Shown here in pieces: positions 13,051 through 26,163 of a DNA stretch of 64,000 bases. This DNA comes from Balanoglossus misakiensis. Lineage: Eukaryota > Animalia > Hemichordata. A program made the translations under genes and the position numbers. The stretch lies in assembly GCA_040954595.2 (NCBI GenBank), contig CM082597.2, forward strand, positions 9,827,778-9,891,777, given 5' to 3'. Each line of letters opens with the position of its first letter. Positions within the stretch are counted from its first letter, which is position 1. Under the pieces are notes generated by a model. That model did not search any database. It saw nothing but the letters and a program-made list of their open reading frames with translations, and was not told the DNA's origin.

Positions 13051-13519
13051 TACTCAGTAACAGTAAAATTGATACATCATATTGACCAGGATGAATTTGC
13101 TAGAACTGATAAGTGGGTAAAATATTTAGTAAATAAAGCAATGTGTTTCATATACTATTTGAAATGCCCCACTGTTGCACTCATGATGTGTTTACAATCT
13201 GAGTGAATGCAATCATGAAATAACAGTTGAGAAAAATGTATATTAGCAAATGAGATTTAACGATAAACGCTGGTACAGGCTATATAAGGCTGCTCAACTG
13301 ATTCATAATGCTGTTTGACTGACAACAGACAACATTGAAATTGGTCGCTCTGTGAAATCAGCCTATCCAATTCTCACACAAAACATAATGGCATATCACC
13401 ACAAAATTTGGTTTTGTAAGCACAAACACCACATCGTTATTGAAAAAAAGTACACATCAAGTCACCACAGCTAAAAGCAAATCTGGTTTAGGCTGCATTC
13501 ACAAACACCTCTGGAGGGG

Positions 13520-14219
13520 GGGGGGGGGGGGGGGGCAGGAGAATTCAATTTTTTTTACCGTTAATTTTTTCCATTCTATTTTTATTTCTAAGTAAATTTG
13601 GATGGTTTCAAATACTGCACAAAGTAAAATTATGAGAAAGTAAAAAATAAATAAAAGAATGACGACGTGAGGTCGAGCACGTGACGCTCGCTTCATGACA
13701 TAGCCATGATGGCATGGACAGTAATGGCGGAAGCAATGCGATGTCGGTCGGTTCGATGTTTCTCGGCAGATCACTACTGGAATTACAAATGGTGAAATTT
13801 CCCACTTTCAAGTTTTGACAAAATGCCGCGAACGTTTAATGAAGAAGCCGACCATCGGTCGCAACCTTTTAGCAAGGCTGACAAAGCTATGCGGCTGACG
13901 ATCCGTGCCATTGTCGAGCTGTTTATTTTCACACCTCTTGCGATTGCATCCAAATGATTCATACCCGAGGATACAAAACATTAACACTTTCAGAATTAAA
14001 ACAAAAGGCTAATGGGCGGTAAGGTTGTTTAAAGAAATGACTTTTTAAAAGAGGAAAGTGCTGTATGATGCCTTCCTTTGACAGCGAGGGCCGTGAATAT
14101 CAAACAATGATTAAGCAAGGTATACGCCTAGTACAGGTAGACTTTTCGGGGGACACATAGTGAGTTCGGATGACCGAACAATGCGGATAATCGACGTGCG
14201 GATAATCGACGTTCTACTG
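13520..14219. mobile_element. Tc1/mariner (Tigger/pogo-like) fragment, one end only
   Basis: Ends cggataatcgacgttctactg|TA with a repeated gcggataatcgacg motif; no matching left end found. Confidence 0.4.
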
Positions 14220-14274
14220 TAACAGTTCCAATCAAATGGGAGCACAATGTCCTTGACACTTCTTTACTTTTCAG

Positions 14275-14364
14275 GATAATGAAGAGTATGGTGCATGGTT
14301 GGTTACGTGATGTCACATCTTACAACAATGTCTTTGCAGATTATCAAATTATGCAATTCTACAG
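14275..14364 (+). CDS. POLE: POLE exon 8 in window
   Basis: tttcag|G...AG|gtaatt; IMKSMVHGWLRDVTSYNNVFADYQIMQFY. Confidence 0.95.
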
Positions 14365-14684
14365 GTAATTGTTACTGCTAAATACTCAAAAAAATTTCAT
14401 ATTAGATTTTATATAATTTGTATTTGCATCAGTTTGTCAACTCTTGGCGACGCATACCACAATAGCTGTGTAATGTTTGTAAGGAGGCTGATTTAATGGA
14501 TGCGGCACCAGTTTAATATATAACATGTTCAAATTGCAACATACAGCCACAATATTGCATTGATGAGATGTTCATGTATACCTATCAGTAAGCTTATTTC
14601 AATGTACCAATCTAAGATGGAAAAAAAATCAGAAAATAATGCAAAAAGTGGCAGCACTAGAGGCTTTAGGCAAGCCATGTTTAA

Positions 14685-15832
14685 ATTAAGCAATAACCCC
14701 CGCCGCAGGCAGGTATACGCGAGATTTGGGTACAATTCGAGACATGTGCTATATAGCACGAGCCGTTAGACGAGTGCTATATGGAGCGAATTTTACCCAA
14801 ATCGAGTGCAAATCGAGTGTATACCCGACTGAGGCGGGGGTTATTGCTATTATATTATATCAACAATTGATTTTGTGGCATATCAGTGTCATTTTCTTAA
14901 CGAAACGGCGTCAGAAAGAGAAATTACGATCGTGAACCAAAATGGCGACGATGAATGTAAACACAAGCGGCCGGGGTTGAGCATTAAACAAGAAGCAGAC
15001 GACTGCAAAAAGTGACAAGACGGGCATCGCGCGTGGCAAAGTGACAAATATTTCCACAGAGCAGTTCCAAAATAAAACGTCCGTAAATTCAACAGTATTT
15101 TTAGGTCCCATTGGTTTATACCATGGGACCTTATGGGATCGGTTGTGTCTGTATGGATGGATGGATGTATGTATGTCTGTATGTCCGTCCACATCAAAAA
15201 CTTGAAAACCGCTGCGTGTATCACCTTGATATTTGGTGTGCTGATGCAGGCTGGGCTGTAGATGGGAGTTTGTTCAAATGAAGGTGTCATCGCCAAAAAT
15301 ATGCAAATTAGCTGGAAAAATGTGAGTTTGGTCAAAACTCAGTAACTCAAGAACTACTGGTCAGATTGCTTTACAAAGTGGTGTGTATTTACTTTATTGA
15401 GTTGTTTTAATTAGGCAGGAACCCCATCCTGTGATATTTATATACACAGCAAATTCCTGAATGATTACTATATGTACAGTAAATATGCCATTGGCAGCTT
15501 ATGGGTCAGTCAGTGTTTGCCCATTGATCTCTCGCTATGTGTGTGTGTGTGTGTGTGTCTGTCTGTCTGTATATGGCCATGTACTCTGTAGACTTTTTCT
15601 TGTGTAATCCCTCAATGGGACCACTGTGTCCTTGACGTGATTTTTATTTTATCTATTTGGTTTAAGTACACGTGACTGTGGGTTAACCTTACATTTTGCT
15701 GCCGCATGCTGGTTCAGGGGCCCGGTTTAGCAGTGCTATATTGAGTATTTTAGCATCGCTGGATTGAGCTCTCGTCCAATCAGAATGGCGGACGGTAGCA
15801 TGATATAATATAATAGACATAATGCACTGTTA
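14685..15832 (+). mobile_element. Eulor5/6-like hairpin element split by a HINE insertion
   Basis: ttaagcaataacccccgcc...ggcgggggttattgct hairpin; uninterrupted inverted copy at 35696-36230; fragments near 2648 and 16725. Confidence 0.7.
15101..15645 (+). mobile_element. Helentron-associated element (HINE/DINE-like), family 1
   Basis: 5' subTIR ggtcccatt with nearby IR atgggacc, GTAT/GTCY microsatellite, 3' subTIR aatgggacc plus short hairpin, T-rich flanks. Confidence 0.75.
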
Positions 15833-16017
15833 TATATTGGCTCTAGAATATGAATATACAAGTTGAATGCATAAACAAACAACAGACATAGAGTGCAAGA
15901 TTTAGGTATCAGGAAAATGTTGTCACTTCAAATAATATTTGTTTGACATAGTGTGTTATGAATCTCGCTTATTGTGATCCTCTTCATATTTGTGTGCAAG
16001 TATTTCTGGAGTGTTAA

Positions 16018-16637
16018 AGGGGAAATCCGTTGTAGCTGATTTCCACATAATTTGGTAGCTTTGAGGTCACTCTTTCAGAAAAAAAACATATTCGCCATGT
16101 ATAAGTCGCATGATTTTTTACAAAGTCGAGGGAAAGTTGGCAGAATTTCCAATATGGCGTTTACTGTAATTTGAATCATGGGAAAAAAAGCGCCAGGACC
16201 AACTTCCGCCCACCATGGTGTGGGTGATACCATTATCCGATTGGTGTCACTGGGCGACAGACTAGGCGTATTTTCATAGCTATTGTTTGTTCTTTGCATC
16301 AGTTGATAAACAATCATCAGCAAAGTCGAAAATTTGTCATCTATTGACAGTTTTCATGAGCTATAACCCATGAAAAATATGCAAATACGCTTAGCTTGTG
16401 ACGCAGTGACACCAATCGGAAAATGGTATCACCCACACCAAGGTGGGCGGAAGTTGGTCCTGGCGCTTTTTTTCCCATGATTCAAATTACAGTAAACGCC
16501 ATATTGGAAATTCTGCCAACTTTCCCTCGACTTTGTAAAAAATCGCGCGACTTATACATGGCGAATATGTTTTTTTCTGAAAGAGTGACCTCAAAGCTAC
16601 CAAATGATGTGGAAATCAGCTACAACGGATTTCCCCT
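16018..16637. mobile_element. Foldback MITE with TTAA TSD (Kolobok-type)
   Basis: TTAA at 16014-16017 and 16638-16641; about 240-bp near-perfect TIRs starting AGGGGAAATCCG; half copy at about 42515-42861. Confidence 0.88.
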
Positions 16638-16924
16638 TTAAAAATGCTTGTTGATTTAACCATTGTTACGAGCAAACAATTTTTCCGGAAGTCTTTGAAT
16701 GCAGCCCATTTTAAAATATTACAAAATTGGGTTGATATAGTATAATAGCAATAACCCCCGCCGAGGGTGAGTCTAGAGTGTAGGCTCACGCGAGATGATG
16801 CTACTGTACTTGCAACTAAAAATTCTTGCTGTTGTTCTATTGTATCAGTTAATAAATTTGCTTTTCATAAAGCTGATAAGGAACATGACTCTGTAGAAAA
16901 AACATCTGATAAAATTGTTCTCAT

Positions 16925-17310
16925 TAGGCCGTTCACATTACTTAAAAAGGCTAGGCCCTTGTCCTAGCAAGGTACGTGGCCGAGCATAAAAACAGGTGTG
17001 AACGGGTCTGGCGGACCCTTGTCCGGACAATTTTGGTCCCAGTCAAATGGGGTGGTTTTTGTCCGACTCTTGTCCTAGTTGACACCTTTTACAATTGACA
17101 TAAACAGTGTAGTCTATCATTTGACAATGGTGAAAATTGTATAAACAACCAGAAGAGGACCAGCATGGTTCTGCTTTATAAGGTCAAAGGTTGGCGAGAC
17201 GACGTCGGCCAGGACTGTACCAAACACAATGTGAGACTAAAGATTAGCTTATTTTGTCACAATCATCGGGATTAGTTTTGCCCGGCCATGGGCCTTGATG
17301 TGAACCATGC
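16925..17310 (+). mobile_element. Non-autonomous DNA element (Harbinger-like ends), intact copy
   Basis: Colinear with 18494-18630 plus 20658-20912. Confidence 0.7.
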
Positions 17311-17625
17311 ATATGTGATGTCCTTCATAAATAAATCATTGCATTTTTGTAAACATTAAGAAGCTCTGTAAATGCTGTATTTTCCAAATATATAAATTAT
17401 GGTTCAAATATTATTTCTCTAAAACTAAACACTTGAATGATTTTTCTGAAGGTCTGTGTCAAGCTCCCATTAATGCGCATCAAATGTTTGTAGCTGGCTC
17501 TGAACTACCATGGCACTCACAACATGGACTAGGAACCTTGGTCACATCCAGCAAAATAGTTCCCTTCTCTTGTTGTAATTTACCTTAGGCTAATCCAAAT
17601 ATTTCACCTTCATTTTTCTTGATAG

Positions 17626-17914
17626 GTGGTTAAGAAGTCCCAGTTCTCTGTTATATGACCCAGCTCTACGTCGCACAATGCATGCTTTGATGCAGAAGTT
17701 ATTTCTACAGCTAGTAGCAGAGTTCAAACGGCTTGGTTCTGCCATAGTGTATGCCAACTTCAACAGAATCATTATCAGCACGAAGAAGAAGCGAATTGTA
17801 GATGCCTTGGCATATGTGGAATACATTACAAAGAGCATCAAATCCAGGGAATTATTTCATAGTATTGACATCACATTCCAGCAGTGTTGGGAATTTCTGC
17901 TATGGCTTGACCCG
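17626..17914 (+). CDS. POLE: POLE exon 9 in window
   Basis: tgatag|G...CCG|gtaggc; [14 protein letters not shown]...[27 protein letters not shown]...[10 protein letters not shown]. Confidence 0.97.
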
Positions 17915-18631
17915 GTAGGCATGTTCACATCAGCTTTTACATACATTGGTTCCAGTGTAATTCTGTGGGCTCTTTCATTTTGAATGAAAATATTTGATTA
18001 ATTAAAAATACTAAACACAAGAGGATCAGGCATTTAGGTCCCATTTGGTATATGTATATATACCAGTGGGACTTTATTGGCTCAGCGGCATCAGTAAATG
18101 TGTGTGTCATTTAAGTTTAGGTATTGAATAAATTATCACCACAAGCTTTTATCATCTCTGAGTTAATGCTGCAAGAATCCTAGTTAAAAGTGTTTAGCTG
18201 TCATTGTAATGCTTGTATAAAACAGGCCAAAATTTGTCCCAGACATCAGGAATGAGAATTTATGCCAAACCAAGCTGGCACTAAGCTGTCTATTTCAGAT
18301 TTTCTATATTATTGGGGTTACACACACACACACACACACACCATTAAGATTACTCTTAAATGTCTCAGATGAAATACTGCATGGCGTGAATTATTGTGTG
18401 AACAGTTTAAGTGGTCCTGAAATGTCTCAGATTTGAGACAGCTTTGCCGGGCAGACCTGAGCCTATGTAAGGATTAACACCTCCGCAACACATAGGCCGC
18501 TCACATTACTCAAAAAAGGCTAGGCCCTTGTCCTAGCTAGGTACGTGGCCGAGCAATAAAACTGGTGTGAAAGGGTCTGGCCAACCCTTGTCCAGACAAT
18601 TTTGGTCCCAGTTGAATGGGGTGGTTTGTGG

Positions 18632-20630
18632 TCAATCAATCAGAGAAATTTGTATAGCGCCAGTATCTATAACAAGTGTCATACTCAAAGGCGCTTGTGC
18701 TCATTGGCCCACACCAGATGCTCTTGCGAAATAATGCGTCTTCAGTCTTTTCTTAAAGATACTCAAACTTGGAGCTTGACGAATGTCTTGTGGCAGAGAG
18801 TTCCACAGTTTCGGTGCAGCATGAGAGAATGCTCGGCCACCGTATGATGAACGTTTGTACATTGTAGTGCATAAAAGGCTCTTATTAGCTGAACGAAGCC
18901 TGCGACCAGGAGAATATGTCCGAATGAGATCGCGGATATAGTTCGGAGCGAGATTATTTAAGGCTTTGTATGTGAGCAGATTAATTTTATACTCTATCCT
19001 GTGGCGAACTGGTAACCAATGAAGAAGTTGAAGAACTGGCGTTATATGGGCAGACTTCCTGGACCGAGTTATGATTCTTGCAGCTGTATTTTGTGTGCGT
19101 TGTAGAAGGTTCAGACTGCTTTCTTGTATACCATACAGTAATGCATTACCATAGTCGAGTTTCGCTGCCAAAATAGCATGAATCGCTGTTTGACATGTTG
19201 CTTTGTTAAGAAATTTCCAGATTTGTCCGACACGGCGAAAGTGGTAATATATTGATTGACAAGTTTTCTTGATGTGATCTTTATACATGTGCGTATTGTC
19301 AAATATTACACCAATATTGCGAGCTGATTTAACGACGGGAACAGAGCTTGAACCAATGGTAATCTTGTCAATAGCATCAGCAGAGTGATGAAATTGTGAA
19401 CGAATAAGTAGAATCTCAGTTTTGGAGTCGTTGAGTTGAAGCTTGTTTTGGGTCATCCAGTCCTTAAGATCACGGATACAGGCCTCAATGGATGCTATAG
19501 CGGAATATGAATCGGTGTGAGAGAAGGCAAGGTAAATCTGATTGTCATCTGCATATTGATGGAATTGTAGGTTGTGCTGACGAATAAGATTTCCCAACGG
19601 AGAAATATAGATTGTGAACAAAATGGGGCCAAGAACTGAACCCTGTGGCACTCCAAAACGAACATGTGATGGTTGACTGGTGATCTTGTCTATTATTATG
19701 GATTGGTCTCGATTTTTGAGGTAGGATGCAAACCACTCGAGTGCCATATCAGTAATGCCAAGACTGGATAGCCTTCTTAACAGTAGATCGTGGTCGATGG
19801 TGTCGAAGGCAGCCGATAAATCCAAGAGAATAAGGAGTACACATTTTCCAGAATCGATGGCTAAGCAGATGTCATTGTGAACTTTTAGTAGAGCTGTTTC
19901 GGTGCTATGATACTTCCTGTATGCAGACTGCAATGGTTCCATTAGTGAATTCGTGGTGAGATATGTATTGAGTTGAACGGCAACGATCTTCTCGAGGACC
20001 TTTGAGAGAAATGGCAGGTTAGAAACTGGTCGATAGTTTTTAAGTATGTTATTATCCAGGGTGGTCTTTTTGATTAGTGGTGTAACAACTGCATGCTTGA
20101 AGGATTGTGGAACGTCACCTGATTGTAGAGAAAGATTTATTGTATTGGTCATGAATGGTAGCAGCACATCCAGGCTCTCTTTAAGTAGTGAAGTTGGAAT
20201 CGGGTCAAGGCAGCAGGATTTCGTTGGAGACTTTGTGATGATGTGAAGTAGTTGTTGACTATCAACTGGCTGAAAAGTATTCAGAGTAGCACCGCTGTGC
20301 GCTTCTAAGTCGTTGAATTTGGTGGATATTTTGCTATTGTCCAAGGTGATACGAATGTCATCAATTTTCTGAATAAAATACTGGCTGAACCGATCTAAAA
20401 GTTCTGTAGTTGACGTATGATTTGGAAGCTGTCTTGGGTTGCTGAACAATGTTGAAATTGTCCGGAATAAAGATTTCTGATCTTTGGCATTTTCCTCTAT
20501 AAGATTGGTGTAGAAGTTGCACTTGGTCTTACGTATCAGGCTGTTGACTTGACAACAATTTTCCTTGTAAATTTGGTAGTGTATTTCTAGCCTTGTATTC
20601 CTCCATTTCCGTTCTGCAGATCTACGCTGG
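18632..20630 (-). mobile_element. 5'-truncated L2/Crack-like (CR1 group) LINE with open RT frame
   Basis: ORF 18701-20719 with NYRPVSNL, DLSAAFDTI, GVPQGSVLGP, YADD, HITPVL..LHWLP; 3' end cgctatacaaat...(TGAT)n; splits a copy of the 16925 repeat. Confidence 0.95.
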
Positions 20631-21783
20631 TCCCAGCCTTGTGTGTGTGGACACGTCTTGTCCGACTCTGGCCCTAGTTGACAACTTTTAAAATTGACAT
20701 ACACAGTGTAGTCTATCATTTGACAATGGTAAAAATCGTATAAACAACCAGAAGAGGACCAACATGGTTCTGCTTTATAAGATCAAAGGTTGGCGAGATG
20801 ACGTCGGCCAGGACTGTGCCAAACACAATGTGAACAGGGACTAAAGATTAGCTTATTTTGTCACAATCATCGGGATTAGTTTTGCCCGGCCATGGGCCTC
20901 GATGTAAACCCAGCATATGCGACTCAAAGGATTAATTTTCTGTGTTTACCATAGGCAAATTGTGTCTCGAATTTTACACCAAAAACTTAAAGCACTGACC
21001 AAAAGGGCGTTCTCACTGGCACGTTTACACTGGTGCTACACCGGTGTAGATTTGACACCGACGGAAAAAAACAAGTGAGAACGCTTTAGACCGGTGTTGG
21101 GCCGGTGTTAATTTGCGACGGCGATGGGTGGTGGGTCAGGGCCAGTGCTGGGCCAGCGCTCCGACGCAAATAGTCAGTGAAAACGCAAAGATAAACAAAC
21201 GCCGTTCAAAAGCGCCACCCTGCAGTGACTTTTGGGTATGTTTATGAGGTATAGCCCATTGTCTTTGGTCAGTTTCCATTGTTATGTCAATCACACTGGA
21301 CGCGAGTGGTTTTCAAACCATTCGCAGTTTGCCAGGTCTGCAACACTTCTGTCTGCTACCAACTTTCAGAAGGTTCTCTTGATCACCGAAAAGCCGAGGC
21401 ATTTTCCATTTATGGATTAACATTCATTTACTTCTAAACATTAATATCAAAACTGTCACAAAGTCGTCTAGAACGCATATGCAGGTATAGAAACTGAAAC
21501 ATGTTGCTGTAATGTCCTCGACGTCCTCAATTTTGTTAGTTGCCGTGTTGCTAAACATGGCCATTTAGACGGTGTTTATTTCAAAACAGTGGCCAAAAGT
21601 TTAGTGTGTGGACGCACGGAGATTCTGTGGGCTAATCCCCTGTGTTTGCAGAGAGTAAACACTGGCATAGCACTGGTGTCGAAACTTTTAAGTCATGTTC
21701 TCACTATGTACAGTTTAATAAGGAAATAAGTACACTCAATTCATACCTGTTTCCATGACAAAAAACATGTTTTTTTATGACAG

Positions 21784-21912
21784 GCTAACTTTGGTGGTAT
21801 CAAAGGCATAGTTAGACCAGATACTGGGATGTCTGGTACCATGGTGACAGATGATGGTGATGAAGAGAACACTGAGAATGAAACAAATGATGAAGATGAT
21901 GATAATAAGGAA
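21784..21912 (+). CDS. POLE: POLE exon 10 in window
   Basis: tgacag|GCT...GAA|gtaagc; ANFGGIKG followed by the acidic linker. Confidence 0.92.
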
Positions 21913-22059
21913 GTAAGCTACATAACAAATCAAATGCAAGCACTTTTTTATAATTTGTTAGTTCATATGTGTTCACACAGTTGTGAAATAATGTTCTGAT
22001 ACATATCTCTCTGTCTGTCTGTTTATATATGTATTTCATTCAACACGATATCTCAAAAA

Positions 22060-22182
22060 CAGTGTACAGGACGTTGCCTTGTAGTTCACCTTGAACTCGT
22101 TTTGTAAGTTTCGTAATTCTATGCCGAAATTTCTAACAAAACGAGTTCAAGGTGAACTACCAGGCAACGTCCTCTAATACTC
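22060..22182. repeat. Isolated hairpin of about 110 nt
   Basis: aggacgttgcct.gtagttcaccttgaactcgttttgt / acaaaacgagttcaaggtgaactac.aggcaacgtcct. Confidence 0.7.
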
Positions 22183-22991
22183 ACTTCAATTACACATAAC
22201 ATAACTTTATACTTTTGATCTCCTATAATCTTCAATGTATGTGCATGACAGTTTGCGATAGTCTCAGGCTCAAGACAAATTCGGTATAGAAAGGTACAAA
22301 TCTGAAATGGTAAGAACTGATTACATTTGGTGGCTGTGGCTTGAAGTTATGACAACAAAATTTCTCCAATATATTGGTTGTGTTTGGAGAGCACCTATAA
22401 CAAATTAGTGCAATGTGCTTTCTAGCAACTATTATGATTTTTCATGTCTTTGGCTATCAGGTAGGCATGGCTCAACTGATTACATACTATTACTAGGTCA
22501 GTGTTCTGTGACATACATTTACACATAAATTTGTGTTTGCAATTTGATGCAAACCCTGGCTCTTTGTTACAAACACTGCCAACACCATTCTTGCACCAGT
22601 GCCTACACTGACTTCAGGGCACTGATGACTTCATCAATGTTCTCTGATGACTTCATCAATGTTCAGAGTGTGGTTTCTCAATAAAGCCTGTATATAGGCT
22701 GTTGTAATTGTTGACAACGGAATTAAGTCCTTTCAACAATAACAATGCTGATTACTACAAAAGGGCTGTGTTGAAATTGTACAATTCTTTATTTTACAGA
22801 GAAGAACAAGAAACCACAGTGGATACCTAAAACAAAACTACTGAGAAAATTAGGAGTTACTGGAGCTTTAAATGATTTAACATATCTCTTTTCTGAGAAT
22901 CAATGTCTCGTCCACTCTAATGCTTATAAGCTGTCTCAATTAAAAGTTAACATATTGATCAATGAAAAGAATGATTTTTTTTACATTTCAG

Positions 22992-23063
22992 AATGAAGTT
23001 GAAATGAATTGGAATGTTATGCATTATTTGCCTCAAGCAGGAGCTTGCCAGACAAATTTTAAC
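22992..23063 (+). CDS. POLE: POLE exon 11 in window
   Basis: tttcag|AAT...AAC|gtaggt; EMNWNVMHYLPQAGACQTNF. Confidence 0.93.
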
Positions 23064-23254
23064 GTAGGTACTTTGACAAAAACTACAATTTATTCATTAA
23101 TTGTGCAGAGTCCTACAATTCAACAGGCACTATTGACAACCACAGAACCGATTTAGGACTGACTTTTAAGAATCGTCTAAAGATATTTCAGGTTTTCTGC
23201 ATGGTTACTTATTATGGTTTTGATTTATTTTGAATGGAATGTTTATTTTTTTAG

Positions 23255-23451
23255 ATGATCATAGCTGGGTATATCTTATCTGTTTATCAACACACAAAGC
23301 AAGAATATGAAAGAAATACTCCAGGCAACACTCCAGTACGTCGCCGTGGTAACACTCAAACACAGAAAAGTGCTGACACAACAGCAACTCCAAGTACTGT
23401 CAGTTTTTCTCAAGAATTGGTTTCAGGAGAGTTGTCACAGAGGTTGTTTGG
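23255..23451 (+). CDS. POLE: POLE exon 12 in window
   Basis: ttttag|ATG...GG|gtgaga; MIIAGYILSVY...PGNTPVRRRG...FSQELVSGELSQRLF. Confidence 0.94.
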
Positions 23452-23532
23452 GTGAGAACAATTTAACATCTTCACACACACACAAGTAATGACTATGTTA
23501 CTCTAACTCTTAGCAATTTTTTTTCAGTATTT

Positions 23533-25172
23533 TTAGGGGCCCAAGCCCCCTATGGGCGGGGCCCCTATTGTTTTACTGGCATTTTTCTGTCATTTCATCA
23601 GCCATTAGGATCTTGATAACAAATCTCAAACTTAGCACAATGATGCAGGCCTATTATGAGATCTGGTGCAGTACCTTCGTGAATATTGAATTAGTCACAT
23701 GACCTGGCAGCTATATTTGATTGAAATTTTCAAATGGCTCTTATTTGCTTAATATATGACAAATCACTATTATTTTAAGATGCTTTATGGACCATATTGC
23801 CAGGGTGCTACGTGCCAAATTTCAGTGTCCTAGGATTTGCCGATTTTGAGAAGATTTTAAATTATTTTTTATATTTTTCCATTGACCATGGGGGGTCTGG
23901 ACCGGCTTTAGTAAAGCTATGACAACATTGAATTCAGGACTCTATGTACAAATTTCAAACTTGGCACAGTGGACGGGGCCAATCAGTAGACATGTACCTA
24001 ACCCGTGAATAGATAATTAGTCACATGACATAATGACCAAATAAAGGCAAATTTTTCAAATGTACCTCATTTGCATAAAAACGTTAAGAATCAAAATTCT
24101 GTTCATTCAATAATGTGGACTATATTGCCAGGTTCCAACATGACCAATGTCATGGCCATGTCGATTTTAAGATTTTTAAAGTTTGTTTTTTTCAGATTTT
24201 CCCATGACCTTTGACCTATACCATATATATAATAAAGGTGTGACAACATTTTATTCTGCCATGAAGGACTCAATGTACAAATCTCAAACTTGACACCGTG
24301 GACCGAGCCAATGTGTAGATGTGCCCCAACCCATCAATAGTTAATTAGTCCCCTGACCTAGCCATATGGCTATACCTATACAGTCAAGCTATCACACATA
24401 TTGTGGCATTCTAGTCTATGCAATGGTCCTGGACAGCTAGTGTCCACTGGCCAGCGAGCAGCATGGGCCTGAAATAAGAAGCCAAATTTCAGGTGACCCT
24501 TGACCCACCTTGAAAAATACATATCTACTTCTACGCTAACAAATACACCTACGAAGCTGATTTTTGGTGGACAGTACAGGTACAATTATCAGACGAAATA
24601 ATTTTGCCCCAATGTCACGTGACCTTGATAACCTTTGACCTTAATATAACATAAATGCTCATAACCATTACAGGAAGCCTCCTTTAAAACACAGTCCCCC
24701 CCACACACGGTCGGGTAATGGAGTGCATTCTATTGTCAAGATGTGCGTTATGATTCCGTTACTTTGTTTATTCGAATGGTGAGATTATCGGCACATAGTT
24801 TATTTGCCTATCTGGCTTGACAGACTGTGTTCGATGTATGGAAGAGATGTTGCAGTCATTTGCATCAGATTAGCATATGCGATTATGTCATTTTCCCCAG
24901 AATGCATCATAATATTATTTAGCTCATGTATGCAAAATGTTTGTGTACTGTTGTTGTTATTGTTGTAGAAATGTTGTTTAAGATACAGCCCCCCCCCCCC
25001 CCCCGAAAGTTTCCCGACCGTCTTTCTTGAGGGACTTTGGTTTTTGTTCACATGTGCTACTATGGTGCTCAAATTTGTCTGTGTATTTCAGGACCCCCTT
25101 GACCTATGTTGACCCCATTAACCCTATGTGCCAGTCTGGCTTGGCCCCGCCATTGCTGCTTGCAGCTATATT
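23533..25172 (+). mobile_element. Helentron-associated element (HINE), family 2
   Basis: 5' ttaggggcccaagcc...ggggcccctattg; 3' subTIR ggcttggcccc, hairpin gctgcttgcagc, then tatattt. Confidence 0.75.
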
Positions 25173-25802
25173 TCTCCCATGTATCAACTGAGAGGTTTCT
25201 TGTTCTACTCTGGATAACTGTATGAAATGTTTTTTTAGTCTTTAGCTTCTCAACAAAGCCCATATATAAATAATGGCAATTGTCAAGACTGGAATTCAAT
25301 TTTCAAAGGTTATAATGCTGATTACTGCAAAAGTGCAACATTAAATAACCAAATTCTGTGAAATATTTGTTTTATAGAGTAGAACAAGAAACCATAGTTG
25401 ATACCCAAAACAAAAATACTGAGAAAATAGCAAGTTGTCCTTGACTCCCCCTTTTACCGTACTAATATGATTTCAGGCCAATCCAGGGAGTGTGTAGATA
25501 CTGGTACCGGTACTATAGTGTACTTACTCTTGATTCATGCTCAACCATTGCTTACTTGTCTTGCCCCAAAGACAAATAATATTCCTATTTCTGTTTCCCA
25601 ACGGGAAATTTTGACTGACTCTGCCTGAAAGGGATAAGTAGAGTCTACCTGTGTGTCTTTACAGCAAATTTTAATCGGATTTATATATGTTGTCAGTCCG
25701 AGTTGTGTTATGATCCAATATTGCAGCCTTGAAACCAATTTTGAATTATATGGGGACTATGTGCCATTGACAGCCACTTGTTTCTTATTTGTTACTGAAT
25801 AG

Positions 25803-25941
25803 AATCACAGTAAAGATTCTCAAGAAAGTTACTGGTAACCATAGCAACACAGGAAGTGCTGCAGCAGAATTTCCTCAACTTCCAGGATCTCATCTCCCAC
25901 TGAATAATCCAGCATTGGAATTCATCAAAGTAGTTTGTAAG
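25803..25941 (+). CDS. POLE: POLE exon 13 in window
   Basis: gaatag|A...AAG|gtcagt; KKVTG...[24 protein letters not shown]. Confidence 0.95.
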
Positions 25942-26047
25942 GTCAGTTGTCTTATTCCAGGGCTTGAGATAAGACGCAGTACCAAATATCTTCCATCTTG
26001 TTATTCACTTTTATAGCAACGAAGATTATCATGGTCCCTCCACAAAA

Positions 26048-26163
26048 GGTCAAGAATCACAAGCTGCAGTCTGAATTTCGATGGCCTTGTTTGTTGACTG
26101 CTATTGGTCAAGAATCACAAGCTGCAGTCTGAATTTCGATGGCCTTGTTTGTTGACTGCTATT
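26048..26163. repeat. Exact 58-bp tandem duplication
   Basis: ggtcaagaatcacaagctgcagtctgaatttcgatggccttgtttgttgactgctatt x2. Confidence 0.95.

Noticed and set aside
14889-15335. Recurrent ORFs containing AAVFKFLMWTDIQTY (also 26469, 46078)
   Set aside because: Translations of non-coding HINE copies with inconsistent frames.
16075-16641. Two ORFs with the same peptide on opposite strands
   Set aside because: A by-product of the foldback MITE's inverted arms.
20631-20719. N-terminus of the 672-aa ORF as a real LINE ORF2 start
   Set aside because: Derived from filler DNA and the host repeat; the endonuclease domain is absent.
22622-22665. TGATGA/CTGA motifs suggesting a C/D snoRNA
   Set aside because: Explained by a simple 22-bp tandem duplication; no terminal stem.
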